The position numbers were made by a program, and so were the translations under genes. DNA of 64,000 nucleotides, from IMG/VR virus record IMGVR_UViG_3300042503_001397; one strand, given 5' to 3'. The notes beneath the pieces were generated by a model, which saw nothing but the letters and a program-made list of their open reading frames with translations, was not told where the DNA came from and made no database searches. Source of the DNA: an uncultured virus (IMG/VR IMGVR_UViG_3300042503_001397) (Duplodnaviria; Heunggongvirae; Uroviricota; Caudoviricetes). This document shows, piece after piece, positions 7,588 through 17,329 of this stretch. Within the stretch, counting starts at the first letter, position 1, and every line of letters begins with the position of its first letter.

Positions 7588-8136
7588 TTAGTTTTGTTGA
7601 AGATTACGAGCATCGGATATTTCTTCTAATTCATCTAAAATTGCAATATGGTAATCCAATGCTATATTAGCCTCAGTAGCCCATTCATCTCTTTTAATAG
7701 ATTGTAGAGATTCTATACATTCTGCAACATTATCAAATTTAAAAATTCTACCACCACCATGTATTTTAGATTTGATATCCTGTCCATCTGTCAATAGAAA
7801 CATATAATTAACATACATATGCGGTAATAAATTTTCATCACTTAATTTCAAAAGATATTGCATATAATGGAATGTAGTTTGAATAGGACATACCCAAGTT
7901 TCACGAATAGTTTCTGGTAGATTCTTTAATTCAATAGTATCTACAGTAGCCTGTCCATCGCTTATCAAACCAATATTTGGTGGCGTAACCCTTTCCATAT
8001 GATTAAATAGTGGTTGTAGTTGGACAACGTAATTTAAATAATTTAGTAAAGTCAATTCACCATTAATCAATTTTTGCTGAAATGGGTGTTGTGCTATTAT
8101 TGCGTATTTTTCCGATAGTGCTTCTTCCAATGTCAT
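7588..8136 (-). CDS. Heme oxygenase paralog with substituted heme ligand
   Basis: Aligns with neighbour (NGEL, LPHMYVNY, DEWATEANIALDY) but EKH>EKY and FGGQ>TDGQ. Confidence 0.75.
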   Translation of the reverse strand: MTLEEALSEKYAIIAQHPFQQKLINGELTLLNYLNYVVQLQPLFNHMERVTPPNIGLISDGQATVDTIELKNLPETIRETWVCPIQTTFHYMQYLLKLSDENLLPHMYVNYMFLLTDGQDIKSKIHGGGRIFKFDNVAECIESLQSIKRDEWATEANIALDYHIAILDELEEISDARNLQQN

Positions 8137-8139
8137 ATT

Positions 8140-8523
8140 TTATTTATTTATAATTTTTGTTGTACTCAATTCAGGTATTCTATCAAAAAACTTAACTTCC
8201 TTTGCGTAGTTATATCCTATAATTGGTTTGTATTTATAATCATCACCTATAACAAAAATATCAGGTTGATAGTTTTTTATAAGTCCATCTAATTCTTCAT
8301 CAGTATCAAACACCCAAACATCTCTAATACCTACTAATTGTAGTAAGTTGTATTTTCTTTGTTCGGCTGTATGTATGGGTCTTTCATCTCCTTTACTTTC
8401 TTTAACTCTTCTGTCCGAATCAATACCTACAATCAACTCACCTCCAAATGAACGAGCATAGTTAATCAACTTAAAGTGACCGTAGTGTAAAACATCAAAA
8501 CATCCGTTAATCCAAATCTTCAT
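8140..8523 (-). CDS. Heptose-1-phosphate adenylyltransferase / cytidylyltransferase family (RfaE domain II)
   Basis: NGCFDVLHYGH, LIVGIDSD, KGDERPI, GDDY, STT. Confidence 0.85.
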   Translation of the reverse strand: MKIWINGCFDVLHYGHFKLINYARSFGGELIVGIDSDRRVKESKGDERPIHTAEQRKYNLLQLVGIRDVWVFDTDEELDGLIKNYQPDIFVIGDDYKYKPIIGYNYAKEVKFFDRIPELSTTKIINK

Positions 8524-8588
8524 AAAATAAAGTTAATAGTGTGCCTGGCCATGCCTAAACATAGCTTAAATAATAGGATTAGGTATTT

Positions 8589-8792
8589 CTACCAAATATC
8601 CCCCTCTGAATGAATTTTGTTGTCATCCCAACCATCTCTACCTGCCATTTTAGTTACATCATCATCACCCCAATCCAAAAAATCCTCCCCTTTATAATCA
8701 GGGTGGTTTTCCTTCATGTAGTCAATCCCTCTAACCCAAGACCAGCTTAGTAACGCCGTTGAAGCAACACAAAAAATAATAACTCCCACCAT
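8589..8792 (-). CDS. Small membrane-anchored hypothetical protein
   Basis: N-terminal hydrophobic helix. Confidence 0.6.
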   Translation of the reverse strand: MVGVIIFCVASTALLSWSWVRGIDYMKENHPDYKGEDFLDWGDDDVTKMAGRDGWDDNKIHSEGDIW

Positions 8793-8831
8793 TCTATTGT
8801 TTTTTTGTTTGTTTACTTCTTTGTTGGATTT

Positions 8832-9404
8832 CTAATCCCACCATCCTCTCAAATCACTACCATCGTATTTTTCCCAAGTAGTAAATTTGCTTCCCTTAAA
8901 GATGTTCCATAACTCACTCCACTCCTTTTCTTCTATAACTCTTGCTCTCTTATATACTTTCCTAGCGTGCTTCTTATCTTCTTCTGTATCGTTATCTATT
9001 AATCTATAATTTCCATCTTCGGTTTCCTCAAATTCAAATTCACTATGATTAATTTTTCCCAATTCCAATTCAGCTCTTTCGATATAATCATCATCCAACT
9101 TATGCTTAAGTAACTGCAATGCTCTACGCATCATTATTAACTTTACATTTCGGGTCTCAGCAACTTCCATTCCTTTATCACTCATTCCCTTCTCCATAAT
9201 ACTCAAAGAGCGATACATCATTTCTAAATGGAAACGATAATCCCACCATTGGTGATTATATAACTCCTTTCTGAACCTCCACACATTCTTAAAGAATAGC
9301 GGAATATCATATCTTATAGCTGCCCATACTTTCCATAGGTTACTATCATACCATACTAATTTCTCTACACTCTCAAAGAATGAATCTTTAAATTCTACTT
9401 TCAT
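8832..9404 (-). CDS. Hypothetical protein
   Basis: 190-aa ORF. Confidence 0.75.
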   Translation of the reverse strand: MKVEFKDSFFESVEKLVWYDSNLWKVWAAIRYDIPLFFKNVWRFRKELYNHQWWDYRFHLEMMYRSLSIMEKGMSDKGMEVAETRNVKLIMMRRALQLLKHKLDDDYIERAELELGKINHSEFEFEETEDGNYRLIDNDTEEDKKHARKVYKRARVIEEKEWSELWNIFKGSKFTTWEKYDGSDLRGWWD

Positions 9405-9407
9405 AAC

Positions 9408-9566
9408 TTATTTTTTCTTAAAGAGGTCTGATAATTTCTTTTCTGGCTTTATTGTTTTCCAACTACCATCGGGTTGTTCTTCCATCATAGGTGCACTCCA
9501 CCCACAATAGATAATCCAAATCCAAAGTAATACAAAAACTATTCCAAAAATTGTAATTCCACTCAT
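9408..9566 (-). CDS. Small membrane protein, 52 aa (MSGITIFGIVFVLLWIW...)
   Basis: Hand-translated; fills the gap between neighbours. Confidence 0.6.
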   Translation of the reverse strand: MSGITIFGIVFVLLWIWIIYCGWSAPMMEEQPDGSWKTIKPEKKLSDLFKKK

Positions 9567-9571
9567 ATATA

Positions 9572-10426
9572 TTATTTTTGTAAATTTTCAATATACTCTC
9601 TTAATACATCTTTTGGTCTCCAACCAAGTCTATTTAGAGCATCATTATTTTCTCTTTTTGTTTCTCTATAATTTCCTTTTTGTTCAGTCATATAAACTTT
9701 TACTGCATTAAACTTTTTGATAAACATATCAGCCACTTCATTTAGAGAATAATTAAATCCAGTACCCAACTCCCAAGCATCTTCGTGATTTTCATCACTA
9801 AATGCAATTCTAATCAAACCATCAACAATATCATCAACATGCGTAAAATCTCTCCTTTGTTCACCATCACCTACAATTGTAATCGGATGGTTTTGTTCAA
9901 CTTGCCCTCTCCACTTTCCAATCACAGCCGCCCATTCACCTTCGGTAATTTCATGTGGACCGTACACATTATAAAAACGGGCTATTTCAATATTAGTACC
10001 AAATACTTTACGATACATCTTACACACATCCTCACCCAACTTCTTATACATTGCGTAGGGTGATTGAAACGGGTCATGCCATTGTGAAGATGAACCGGCA
10101 TATACAACCTTTACATTACCCCTTCTAGCCCACTCACATACAGCTTCAGTTCCAGATGTATTAACTCTAAAGAACTCCGATGGGTTTTCAAATGATGGCT
10201 GTATTCTACTTAGAGCTGCTAAGTGAAAACATACATCAACTTCCTCACCATTCATATAGTTTATTTGCTCTATATTCATTGGTATATATCGTACTCCTTC
10301 AATATGGTTTTCTATTTTACCCACCGAATAATCATCCAGTACAATAACCTTATGTCCATCTTCTAATAATCTCTTTGCTAAGTTAGTTCCAATAAAACCG
10401 ACACCGCCTGTAATTACTATATTCAT
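9572..10426 (-). CDS. NAD-dependent epimerase/dehydratase
   Basis: TGGVGFIG, SPYAMYK, RFYNVYGP, GDGEQRRDF. Confidence 0.9.
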   Translation of the reverse strand: MNIVITGGVGFIGTNLAKRLLEDGHKVIVLDDYSVGKIENHIEGVRYIPMNIEQINYMNGEEVDVCFHLAALSRIQPSFENPSEFFRVNTSGTEAVCEWARRGNVKVVYAGSSSQWHDPFQSPYAMYKKLGEDVCKMYRKVFGTNIEIARFYNVYGPHEITEGEWAAVIGKWRGQVEQNHPITIVGDGEQRRDFTHVDDIVDGLIRIAFSDENHEDAWELGTGFNYSLNEVADMFIKKFNAVKVYMTEQKGNYRETKRENNDALNRLGWRPKDVLREYIENLQK

Positions 10427-10662
10427 TTTTTATCTATTTTAATTGTTATCCCAGCCTTTCCAGCTGATATATCATATGTGTTTCTTCTATTGTCATTTAT
10501 AAAACCATAATCTTTGAATCTAAATATAATTACATTCGTACCTTCAAAGATTGCCCAAATTGCATTATCCGCATAATCAATAGATGGTTGTGTTATAAAT
10601 CCCATCTTCCAACTTTCTCTAAATTCCGGCTCTAACTCATCCGGTAAAATATTAATTATCAT
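10423..10662 (-). CDS. Hypothetical protein (likely start MIINILPDE)
   Basis: ATGA overlaps with both neighbours. Confidence 0.65.
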   Translation of the reverse strand: MIINILPDELEPEFRESWKMGFITQPSIDYADNAIWAIFEGTNVIIFRFKDYGFINDNRRNTYDISAGKAGITIKIDKK

Positions 10663-10997
10663 TTCCAAAGTATTTGAATCAGTATTATTGCCACACTCAA
10701 TCCCAAACAAACTAATGTTTTTGCAGTAAGTGGTTCTTTGAATAAATAATAACTCATTAAAGTAAATACAACTACACCAATTCCATATCCTATCAAACGA
10801 GATGGCCATATTTCTCCACCAAATGCCATTACAAAGTGTTGTACTGATTTTAGAAATAACCAACCAGATGGTATGGATGCCAAAATTACTATGATTGGAT
10901 ATTTTTCATACCAACCATATTTGATACTACCCTGCAATTGATAGAAGGTCAATACCTGTGCCACCAAACCATAAAGAAATCCTATTAATATATTCAT
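10659..10997 (-). CDS. Small 4-TM DMT/SMR-like membrane protein
   Basis: Four hydrophobic helices, LFKEPLT motif. Confidence 0.65.
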   Translation of the reverse strand: MNILIGFLYGLVAQVLTFYQLQGSIKYGWYEKYPIIVILASIPSGWLFLKSVQHFVMAFGGEIWPSRLIGYGIGVVVFTLMSYYLFKEPLTAKTLVCLGLSVAIILIQILWK

Positions 10998-11001
10998 TTA
11001 C

Positions 11002-11033
11002 CAAAGATACGAAATTTATTCCATATTACCAAA
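11002..11033 (-). promoter_or_regulatory. Bacteroidota -33/-7 promoter
   Basis: TTTGGT..CGTATCTTTG, ending 5 nt before an ATG. Confidence 0.75.
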
Positions 11034-11607
11034 GATTATTTCCACTACTTCCACTAAGACCGGATGATGATGAATAACCCCTACCTTTAAACCTTATTCT
11101 ATCATCTTGCTTTCTACCTACAAATTGTATTATATCTCTTACACTTGGGTCATCCAATAAACCTTCAGCTATTGTTTGTACGAATATAGATGGATTTGAT
11201 AAGTGTACTTTAGTCATTGTTGTAGTTAATTCTATTGGTGTCATACTACTATCATAATCCTTTGGCGGAAGTACTTTAATTTGTAAATGCATATCATTGG
11301 TAAATAGAGTAACTCTAACCAATGCCTCACTATCATTCCAAGGGTGTATCCAAGCCGTATATAAATTACTAGCATGGCTAGTATCGGATATAAAAAAACT
11401 AGCTCCCATCACATCAAATTTATTACCTGATAATTTATTCCAATTTGATATCTCTATTGGCTTTTTCTTATTCATCTTTTTTTCTTTTTCTAATGTTTCC
11501 GCAAGTTGGTCCATAAGTACACATGATAAGTGATTACTACCTATCAGATATTCAATATCTACATCGTATGTATTCTTACCACAATATGCACAAAGGATTT
11601 CCTTCAT
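11026..11607 (-). CDS. Hypothetical protein with N-terminal CxxC..HxxC
   Basis: CAYCG..HLSC. Confidence 0.7.
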   Translation of the reverse strand: MKEILCAYCGKNTYDVDIEYLIGSNHLSCVLMDQLAETLEKEKKMNKKKPIEISNWNKLSGNKFDVMGASFFISDTSHASNLYTAWIHPWNDSEALVRVTLFTNDMHLQIKVLPPKDYDSSMTPIELTTTMTKVHLSNPSIFVQTIAEGLLDDPSVRDIIQFVGRKQDDRIRFKGRGYSSSSGLSGSSGNNLW

Positions 11608-11966
11608 TACTTCTTTTTATTATGTGGGGTTGGTTTACCATTTTCATCAACTGCCACAAATACTATTTTATCTATTCTGATAATTGTTTTCTTTGTATCT
11701 TTATTACGAACCTCACAAGCTATTGTTATAGATGTATTACCAAGTGATATTAACTCACATCCTATTTCTATAACATCTCCTAACTTAGCAGATGAAACAA
11801 AGTTCACCTCACTCATTGCTTTAGTAACTATACTTCGGGTATTCAATTGACATATACAAAATATAGATGCTTCCTCATCAATCCATTTCAATACTTGTCC
11901 GCCAAAGAGTGTACCCCTAGCATTTAAATCTTCGTACTTAATTAACTTACGTGTTTTAAAATTCAT
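11607..11966 (-). CDS. Acyl-CoA thioesterase (hotdog fold)
   Basis: DLNARGTLFGGQVLKWIDE, FVAVDENGKP. Confidence 0.9.
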   Translation of the reverse strand: MNFKTRKLIKYEDLNARGTLFGGQVLKWIDEEASIFCICQLNTRSIVTKAMSEVNFVSSAKLGDVIEIGCELISLGNTSITIACEVRNKDTKKTIIRIDKIVFVAVDENGKPTPHNKKK

Positions 11967-11971
11967 AACTT

Positions 11972-12724
11972 TTATTTTCTATATCCTAAACTTATCATTG
12001 CTTCTTCCATATGCCCATTCAAATAATGTTGAATAGCTAAATGTGAATTTGGCTCTCCTATGTATGGTAATCCTATATTATGTGGGTCAGCTGCTAATGG
12101 ATTGTGCTTTGATTCAAATAGGATTTTAGAATCATGCAACAAAGGAATTCCAGCTTCCCACATAGACCTACCCAAAACCCAATCATCAATTTGATAATCC
12201 AATGGGTCTTCTACAATTCTCATAGTATCTAATGCTATCTTCATTGCTTTCCTATCAACCATATAACCACACCCACTTGCTATTGTACCTTCCTTACATA
12301 CTACTTGCTTAAATGTAGCAAATGGATTTGTCATATTAGCTGGATGAGCACAGCCCATATAACTCACATTACCATCATTTAGATTTTCATGTAGCATATC
12401 ATCAAATCTTTGTGGATGTACGAATGAATCCGAATCAATTCTGAAATAATATTCATAATCCGTTTCTTCTAATATCCATCTACACGGAAGCCTAATTGAT
12501 TTATCAAACAATCCCATTTTAGTATCTTCAGCTGCAAAGTAAACAGTATTACCCATTTCCTTTACATAGCAATTCATTTTAGGATTACCAATAGCAACTT
12601 TTACATTGTACCCTAATTTTCTCAATTCAGGAATCCAAGTGGCTTCACATTCTTTCCAATTTTGGGCCCAAGGTTCTATTGTAGTACCTGTTACCAATAT
12701 CATTATTTTACTTCTATCAAACAT
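11972..12724 (-). CDS. Glycosyltransferase (GT-A, GT31-like)
   Basis: YYFRIDSDSFV, ASGCGY, DDWVLG. Confidence 0.7.
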   Translation of the reverse strand: MFDRSKIMILVTGTTIEPWAQNWKECEATWIPELRKLGYNVKVAIGNPKMNCYVKEMGNTVYFAAEDTKMGLFDKSIRLPCRWILEETDYEYYFRIDSDSFVHPQRFDDMLHENLNDGNVSYMGCAHPANMTNPFATFKQVVCKEGTIASGCGYMVDRKAMKIALDTMRIVEDPLDYQIDDWVLGRSMWEAGIPLLHDSKILFESKHNPLAADPHNIGLPYIGEPNSHLAIQHYLNGHMEEAMISLGYRK

Positions 12725-12725
12725 A

Positions 12726-13982
12726 TTAATATCTATTAAATCCTATTGTTGACCTACCCTTATCTTCACTCTTATATTCAACTTCACCTAAGTTGTATAT
12801 TTCAGTTAGTGTCATTGGTTTATCCGCCGTATGCTTATACCCCAAATGGTCTATAAGAGCTTGTGAATCTTCTATTGATAATGCATCAAACTTATGTTCT
12901 GCAATCAATCTACCTTTACGAAGTAATGCCTCATCAATCTTCTTCTTATCCATATTGAATGTTGCCACAATCTGAATGTTTAAGATATCACTTAAGATAC
13001 CATCCGTAATGTTTAAGATATTAGATACCCCATTACCACCACCAGTGTTTCTATCAGTAATTACTTTCTCCGCATCTTCGATAAATAGAACCGAACCTGC
13101 GTTTTGAATTAGGAATGGTGTCATCTCAGGCGATGTAATGAAATCTGCTAAGAATGGTGGAATAAATAGTACTCTCTTATTCTTAATCTTACTTGCTAAG
13201 TACTTTAAGTAGTGAGTTTTTCCAGTGCCCGGCGTTCCATGTAATAGTACTAATCCTTTACTTTTTTTTTCATTCAACTTATGTATAATCTTTTCGTGAA
13301 TTGGTTTGAAAGATTTACCATATCCCAACTCAATATCTAACTTCTGCTTTGGTAACTCAAATGAAGTTGTATCATAACCTCTATTTGTTTGTATTACTAA
13401 GGCAATATTGTTTTCTCTTTCTATACGCTTTTTAGCTAATGGAGTGAACTGACTTGTTATCTCATCAAAATCTTTTGGCGATGCGTTTGAGGATAATGAA
13501 ATGTTAATACCTCTATCAGCTCTATATGATTTAGAAACTGATGCTGCCCATTTTTTAGCTATGCTATCTACCATTATAAGTACGATACCATCATCGAATA
13601 CCCTCTCATAGATTTTATTTTCAAAGTGACCGGAATTCATATATAACGATTTGTTAAATATCTCAACGAATCCTAACTTCTCTACTAATGCCAATGCATC
13701 ATCTTGCTTAACCTGAAACTCATCCGATATTCTAAAGTATGCCGATGGATTTTTGCCCGTCTTATTAATCATATACATACCAATTGGAAAATCATCATAA
13801 TCAATTGGTTTGTATGATTGTCCAGTTGTTGTACTACTACCATCTCCATATCCTTCGGATGATGTTATTGATTCTCTAATAGCCATCTTAATTTCCGTAG
13901 GAATCATATCCAATTCCTCTACGGATAATACATCTTCCAATTCCATTTGTGTCAATCTTCTAGGTGTTTTTGGTACTGCCAT
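12726..13982 (-). CDS. AAA ATPase
   Basis: GTPGTGKT, LFIEDAE, ILNITDG, IDEALLRKGRL. Confidence 0.9.
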   Translation of the reverse strand: MAVPKTPRRLTQMELEDVLSVEELDMIPTEIKMAIRESITSSEGYGDGSSTTTGQSYKPIDYDDFPIGMYMINKTGKNPSAYFRISDEFQVKQDDALALVEKLGFVEIFNKSLYMNSGHFENKIYERVFDDGIVLIMVDSIAKKWAASVSKSYRADRGINISLSSNASPKDFDEITSQFTPLAKKRIERENNIALVIQTNRGYDTTSFELPKQKLDIELGYGKSFKPIHEKIIHKLNEKKSKGLVLLHGTPGTGKTHYLKYLASKIKNKRVLFIPPFLADFITSPEMTPFLIQNAGSVLFIEDAEKVITDRNTGGGNGVSNILNITDGILSDILNIQIVATFNMDKKKIDEALLRKGRLIAEHKFDALSIEDSQALIDHLGYKHTADKPMTLTEIYNLGEVEYKSEDKGRSTIGFNRY

Positions 13983-14152
13983 TATTTTTTTGTTTTACGA
14001 TTATACAATTCTGCTTTAATATTAACTATACGATTTTCAATACTTCTCATTTTAAATTTATGGAATAGATTACCCAACCATGTTTTTGGATGGATTTCAC
14101 TTTCCCTTTTTAAAGATGCTTCCAATCCCTTCATTATCTTTTTGAGTGCCAT
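13982..14152 (-). CDS. Small basic protein, 56 aa (MALKKIMKG...)
   Basis: Hand-translated; follows promoter and is coupled to the ATPase start. Confidence 0.6.
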   Translation of the reverse strand: MALKKIMKGLEASLKRESEIHPKTWLGNLFHKFKMRSIENRIVNIKAELYNRKTKK

Positions 14153-14167
14153 ATAAGTTAATTTATG

Positions 14168-14199
14168 TAAAGATACAAAATTTTATTCATTTCACCAAA
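14168..14199 (-). promoter_or_regulatory. Bacteroidota -33/-7 promoter
   Basis: TTTGGT..TGTATCTTTA. Confidence 0.7.
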
Positions 14200-14238
14200 T
14201 AAAAAACTCCTTAATTTTTGGATATTATTAAGGAGTTT
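14198..14238 (-). terminator. Intrinsic terminator
   Basis: AAACTCCTTAAT/ATTAAGGAGTTT stem running into a T tract. Confidence 0.7.
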
Positions 14239-14258
14239 CGCATGGCATGCAAGATTTT

Positions 14259-14435
14259 TTATTTATATTTTTCTCTATTGATTTGTTGTATTTCTTTTTT
14301 ACCCTTTCTACGAATATCTCTATATATGTAATCGATAATCAAAACTATATTCCATATAATGCCTCCTACAATACCAATCAGTACAATAGGTAACATTATA
14401 ATATAAGCCAATATTCTAGGAATCCATTTTTTCAT
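14259..14435 (-). CDS. Small membrane protein, 58 aa
   Basis: Hand-translated [18 protein letters not shown]... Confidence 0.5.
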   Translation of the reverse strand: MKKWIPRILAYIIMLPIVLIGIVGGIIWNIVLIIDYIYRDIRRKGKKEIQQINREKYK

Positions 14436-14538
14436 TGTGCAAAAAATCGTTTAATTTAATAGCTAACCACATTATACCAAATGCAAATAGGAAAATAGAA
14501 CCAACTCCTACTATAAGATATAGTATTTGTTTTATCAT
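14416..14538 (-). CDS. Small membrane peptide, 40 aa
   Basis: [13 protein letters not shown]...; ATGA overlap with iscA stop. Confidence 0.45.
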   Translation of the reverse strand: MIKQILYLIVGVGSIFLFAFGIMWLAIKLNDFLHNEKMDS

Positions 14539-14864
14539 AAAGAGAATGATTCACCACATCCACAAGTTCGGGATGCGTTTGGATTCTCCCATTGAAATCC
14601 TTTACCATTTAATCCATCTGAATATGTTAATTGAGTACCATAAAGATATAGTAAACTCTTTCTATCTATTACTACTTTCAATCCATCCGCTTCTACTACT
14701 TCATCCGTAGCTTCTATCTTATCATCAAAATCCATTGTGTAAGATAACCCACTACATCCACCACCTTTGATACCAACTCGTAAGTTATGAGTATCGGGTG
14801 TTAAACCACCTTCTTTCATTAATTCAATTACATGCTCTAATGCTTTAGGTTGTAATGTTACCAT
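14535..14864 (-). CDS. iscA: A-type Fe-S carrier (IscA/HesB)
   Basis: GGGCSGLSY and [14 protein letters not shown]. Confidence 0.95.
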   Translation of the reverse strand: MVTLQPKALEHVIELMKEGGLTPDTHNLRVGIKGGGCSGLSYTMDFDDKIEATDEVVEADGLKVVIDRKSLLYLYGTQLTYSDGLNGKGFQWENPNASRTCGCGESFSL

Positions 14865-14866
14865 AG

Positions 14867-15163
14867 TTATTCGGTTTCGTGCTCCATAAAGTTAGTAAAC
14901 TCTTTTGCTGCCGATGGGTTTACTTCATATAAGTGTTCCAAACTCAATTCGTATCTTCCGTTTTGTACTTTGGCCTGAAACAATTCATCGTGAAGTGAAT
15001 CAATTAGGTTTGCTTTTTCGATATCCCCACCAACCACTACTTCAATTTTTTGTTCCGCTCTTAGTTTACTTAATTCCTTTTGTTGTAAGTAACATATCAC
15101 CAACACTGCTACAGCGCCAGTTCCTACGATTGCTTTTTGATATTTTGCTATCCACTCTTTCAT
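14867..15163 (-). CDS. Membrane-anchored hypothetical protein
   Basis: N-terminal TM helix plus coiled coil. Confidence 0.7.
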   Translation of the reverse strand: MKEWIAKYQKAIVGTGAVAVLVICYLQQKELSKLRAEQKIEVVVGGDIEKANLIDSLHDELFQAKVQNGRYELSLEHLYEVNPSAAKEFTNFMEHETE

Positions 15164-15168
15164 AACTT

Positions 15169-15351
15169 TTATTTTTTAGGTACTATAATACAAGCCATTA
15201 GATACATAAAAATGATAGGAAAGGGTGCACATATAAGTGCCAAAAAAATCAACCTCCATACGGTAGGGTCACTATCCGTATATTCGGCTATTCCACCACA
15301 TACTCCACCAATTTGTTTATCAGTTGAACTTCTATATAGTTTTCTTTTCAT
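15169..15351 (-). CDS. PspC domain protein
   Basis: KLYRSSTDKQIGGVCGGIAEY..DPTVWRL. Confidence 0.9.
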   Translation of the reverse strand: MKRKLYRSSTDKQIGGVCGGIAEYTDSDPTVWRLIFLALICAPFPIIFMYLMACIIVPKK

Positions 15352-15542
15352 TAATTATTGTTGTTAAACTTTTTTTCTATATACACTGCTTTCTTTACTT
15401 CCGCTCTACGTTTCACCGATGGTTTAACGAATTCCTGTCTATCTCTCAGTTCCCTAACAGTTCCTATCTTATTTGTTTTGTTCTTATACACCTTAAGTGC
15501 TTGTTCTATTGAACCGAACTTTGTTACATCAATTATTATCAT
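15351..15542 (-). CDS. rpsU: Ribosomal protein bS21
   Basis: SIEQALK..K.K, ELRDRQEFVKPSVKRR..KKAVY (Bacteroidota type). Confidence 0.92.
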   Translation of the reverse strand: MIIIDVTKFGSIEQALKVYKNKTNKIGTVRELRDRQEFVKPSVKRRAEVKKAVYIEKKFNNNN

Positions 15543-15850
15543 TATGCGTATTTTAATCCAAAGAAACCATAGTTCTTATGTACCGATTCTTCATCTCCAG
15601 CTTTGATAGCCAAATCCTCATCTTCATATATCGCAGAAACAGGACACTCCGGTACACATGCTCCACAATTTATACAAGTATCAGGATTGATATACATTTG
15701 CCCACCGGGAAATGCTGCTCTACCATCTCTTTCAATTTCACCACCTGAACCTTCCATATCGATAGGTCCGTGAATACAATCTACCGGGCATGCACTAGCA
15801 CACGCAGTATCCATACAATCAACACAACTTTTACCAATAATAAAACTCAT
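15542..15850 (-). CDS. Dicluster ferredoxin
   Basis: CVDCMDTACASACPVDC and CINCGACVPECPV. Confidence 0.92.
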   Translation of the reverse strand: MSFIIGKSCVDCMDTACASACPVDCIHGPIDMEGSGGEIERDGRAAFPGGQMYINPDTCINCGACVPECPVSAIYEDEDLAIKAGDEESVHKNYGFFGLKYA

Positions 15851-15867
15851 AATTTACTTTTTACTTT

Positions 15868-16278
15868 TTATATATGCGAATCTTCAAACTTAATTGGTTC
15901 TTCTCCGTTCTTTACACGATAATCATTGATGGCTGCTTTAATTGCATCTTCAGCTAATACACTACAATGAATCTTAACGGGAGGTAAACTCAATTCCTCA
16001 ACCAAATCCATATTATCGATTGTAACGGCTTCCTCTAAACTCTTTCCTTTCAACCATTCAGTTGCTAAGGAACTAGCTGCGATTGCCGAACCACATCCGA
16101 ATGTTTTGAATTTAGCATCCGTTATGATACCTTCGTTCACTTCGATTTGTAATCTCATCACATCACCACATTCAGGTGCTCCTACTAATCCCGTACCTAC
16201 ATTCGATTTCGATTTATCCAATGTTCCTACGTTCTTTGGGTTTTCATAGTGCCCAATCACTTTTTCACTATATGCCAT
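15868..16278 (-). CDS. iscU: Fe-S scaffold IscU
   Basis: GAPECGDVM, KTFGCGSAIA, LPPVKIHCSVLAEDA. Confidence 0.96.
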   Translation of the reverse strand: MAYSEKVIGHYENPKNVGTLDKSKSNVGTGLVGAPECGDVMRLQIEVNEGIITDAKFKTFGCGSAIAASSLATEWLKGKSLEEAVTIDNMDLVEELSLPPVKIHCSVLAEDAIKAAINDYRVKNGEEPIKFEDSHI

Positions 16279-16396
16279 ATTTTATATTTTAATAAAACCT
16301 TCCACCCTGTTTATAATAATCATAGATGGCTGCTCCAGCGGCTAAGAGAGCTAGTTGTATTTTAAGTATTAGTATTTTCATACCAATAAGTATCCA

Positions 16397-17047
16397 CTAT
16401 CCCCATTTTTCCGGCAACACATCCGTAGCCAATCCATTTCCAATTGCCGCCGATAATCCACATTGCGTTTTCATCCAAACAATATCAGCCTCACCACGCT
16501 TCAATTTATTCAAAATACAAACTGCTTTAGTATTCAATTCACTTTGATATAATTGTTTAGTTATGTTCCATTCAGGATATGGTCCTTGTGGTGGAACATC
16601 AAATAAGGTAATTATATCATCAATCTCACCTTCCATAAAAAAATCAGTTACATATCCATTCCAATATGCATGTAGATTTAATTTATTTCTATCAAACAAA
16701 CCAAAGAATCCATCAGCTACCTTTGTACTAAAATCACTTCTAACTTTGAGAGCCCTATGCCATCCCAACTCTTTTGCTTTTAGAAATCCATTTATAGTAC
16801 TTATCTTTTGTAAGTTTAAATTTTTAATACCACTTTCAGATGGTATTGGATTATAAATTACAATATCAGATTCGTTATAAAGCCTTCTATCCGTATTTTC
16901 CCAAGTTGAGAATATGATTTGATATCCATCCCAACTTTCTCTAACCTCTTTCAACCAATTTGGATATGTCTGCCCTTGAACAACAACACATCCTTTGAAT
17001 GGAGGCTTTATATAAGGCTTTGGTCTAGCATTTCTACCAATTAACAT
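16397..17047 (-). CDS. WavE-like polysaccharide biosynthesis protein
   Basis: VVVQG, IIFSTW, NLNLQ..ST..G, LKVRSD. Confidence 0.6.
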   Translation of the reverse strand: MLIGRNARPKPYIKPPFKGCVVVQGQTYPNWLKEVRESWDGYQIIFSTWENTDRRLYNESDIVIYNPIPSESGIKNLNLQKISTINGFLKAKELGWHRALKVRSDFSTKVADGFFGLFDRNKLNLHAYWNGYVTDFFMEGEIDDIITLFDVPPQGPYPEWNITKQLYQSELNTKAVCILNKLKRGEADIVWMKTQCGLSAAIGNGLATDVLPEKWG

Positions 17048-17136
17048 AATATATTAAACAATCTTTAATTTATACTATAACTAATTGATATTACTATCAA
17101 AATTTTTTACCTACGACTCCCCCAAAGGGGTTCGTT

Positions 17137-17328
17137 CTATTCGAAGATATTCACCGCCGCCATCTTTACACCACCTTTACCATTATCAACAAATAGTTGT
17201 AGTTCACCTGTTTTAGGATTGAACATTTTCTTAGTAAGTAGTTTCTTATCTTCCGGCTGAAGTGATTGAGAAATCAAAGCGTTGTTTAATCTCTCAACCT
17301 CTTGCCTTTGTAATTCTTCAAATGTCAT
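17137..17328 (-). CDS. Hypothetical protein
   Basis: Tightly packed ORF. Confidence 0.65.
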   Translation of the reverse strand: MTFEELQRQEVERLNNALISQSLQPEDKKLLTKKMFNPKTGELQLFVDNGKGGVKMAAVNIFE

Positions 17329-17329
17329 C

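Noticed and set aside
10663..10863. N-terminal extension of ORF 10423..10863
   Set aside because: Lies within the membrane-protein gene; the coupled ATG at 10662 is more plausible
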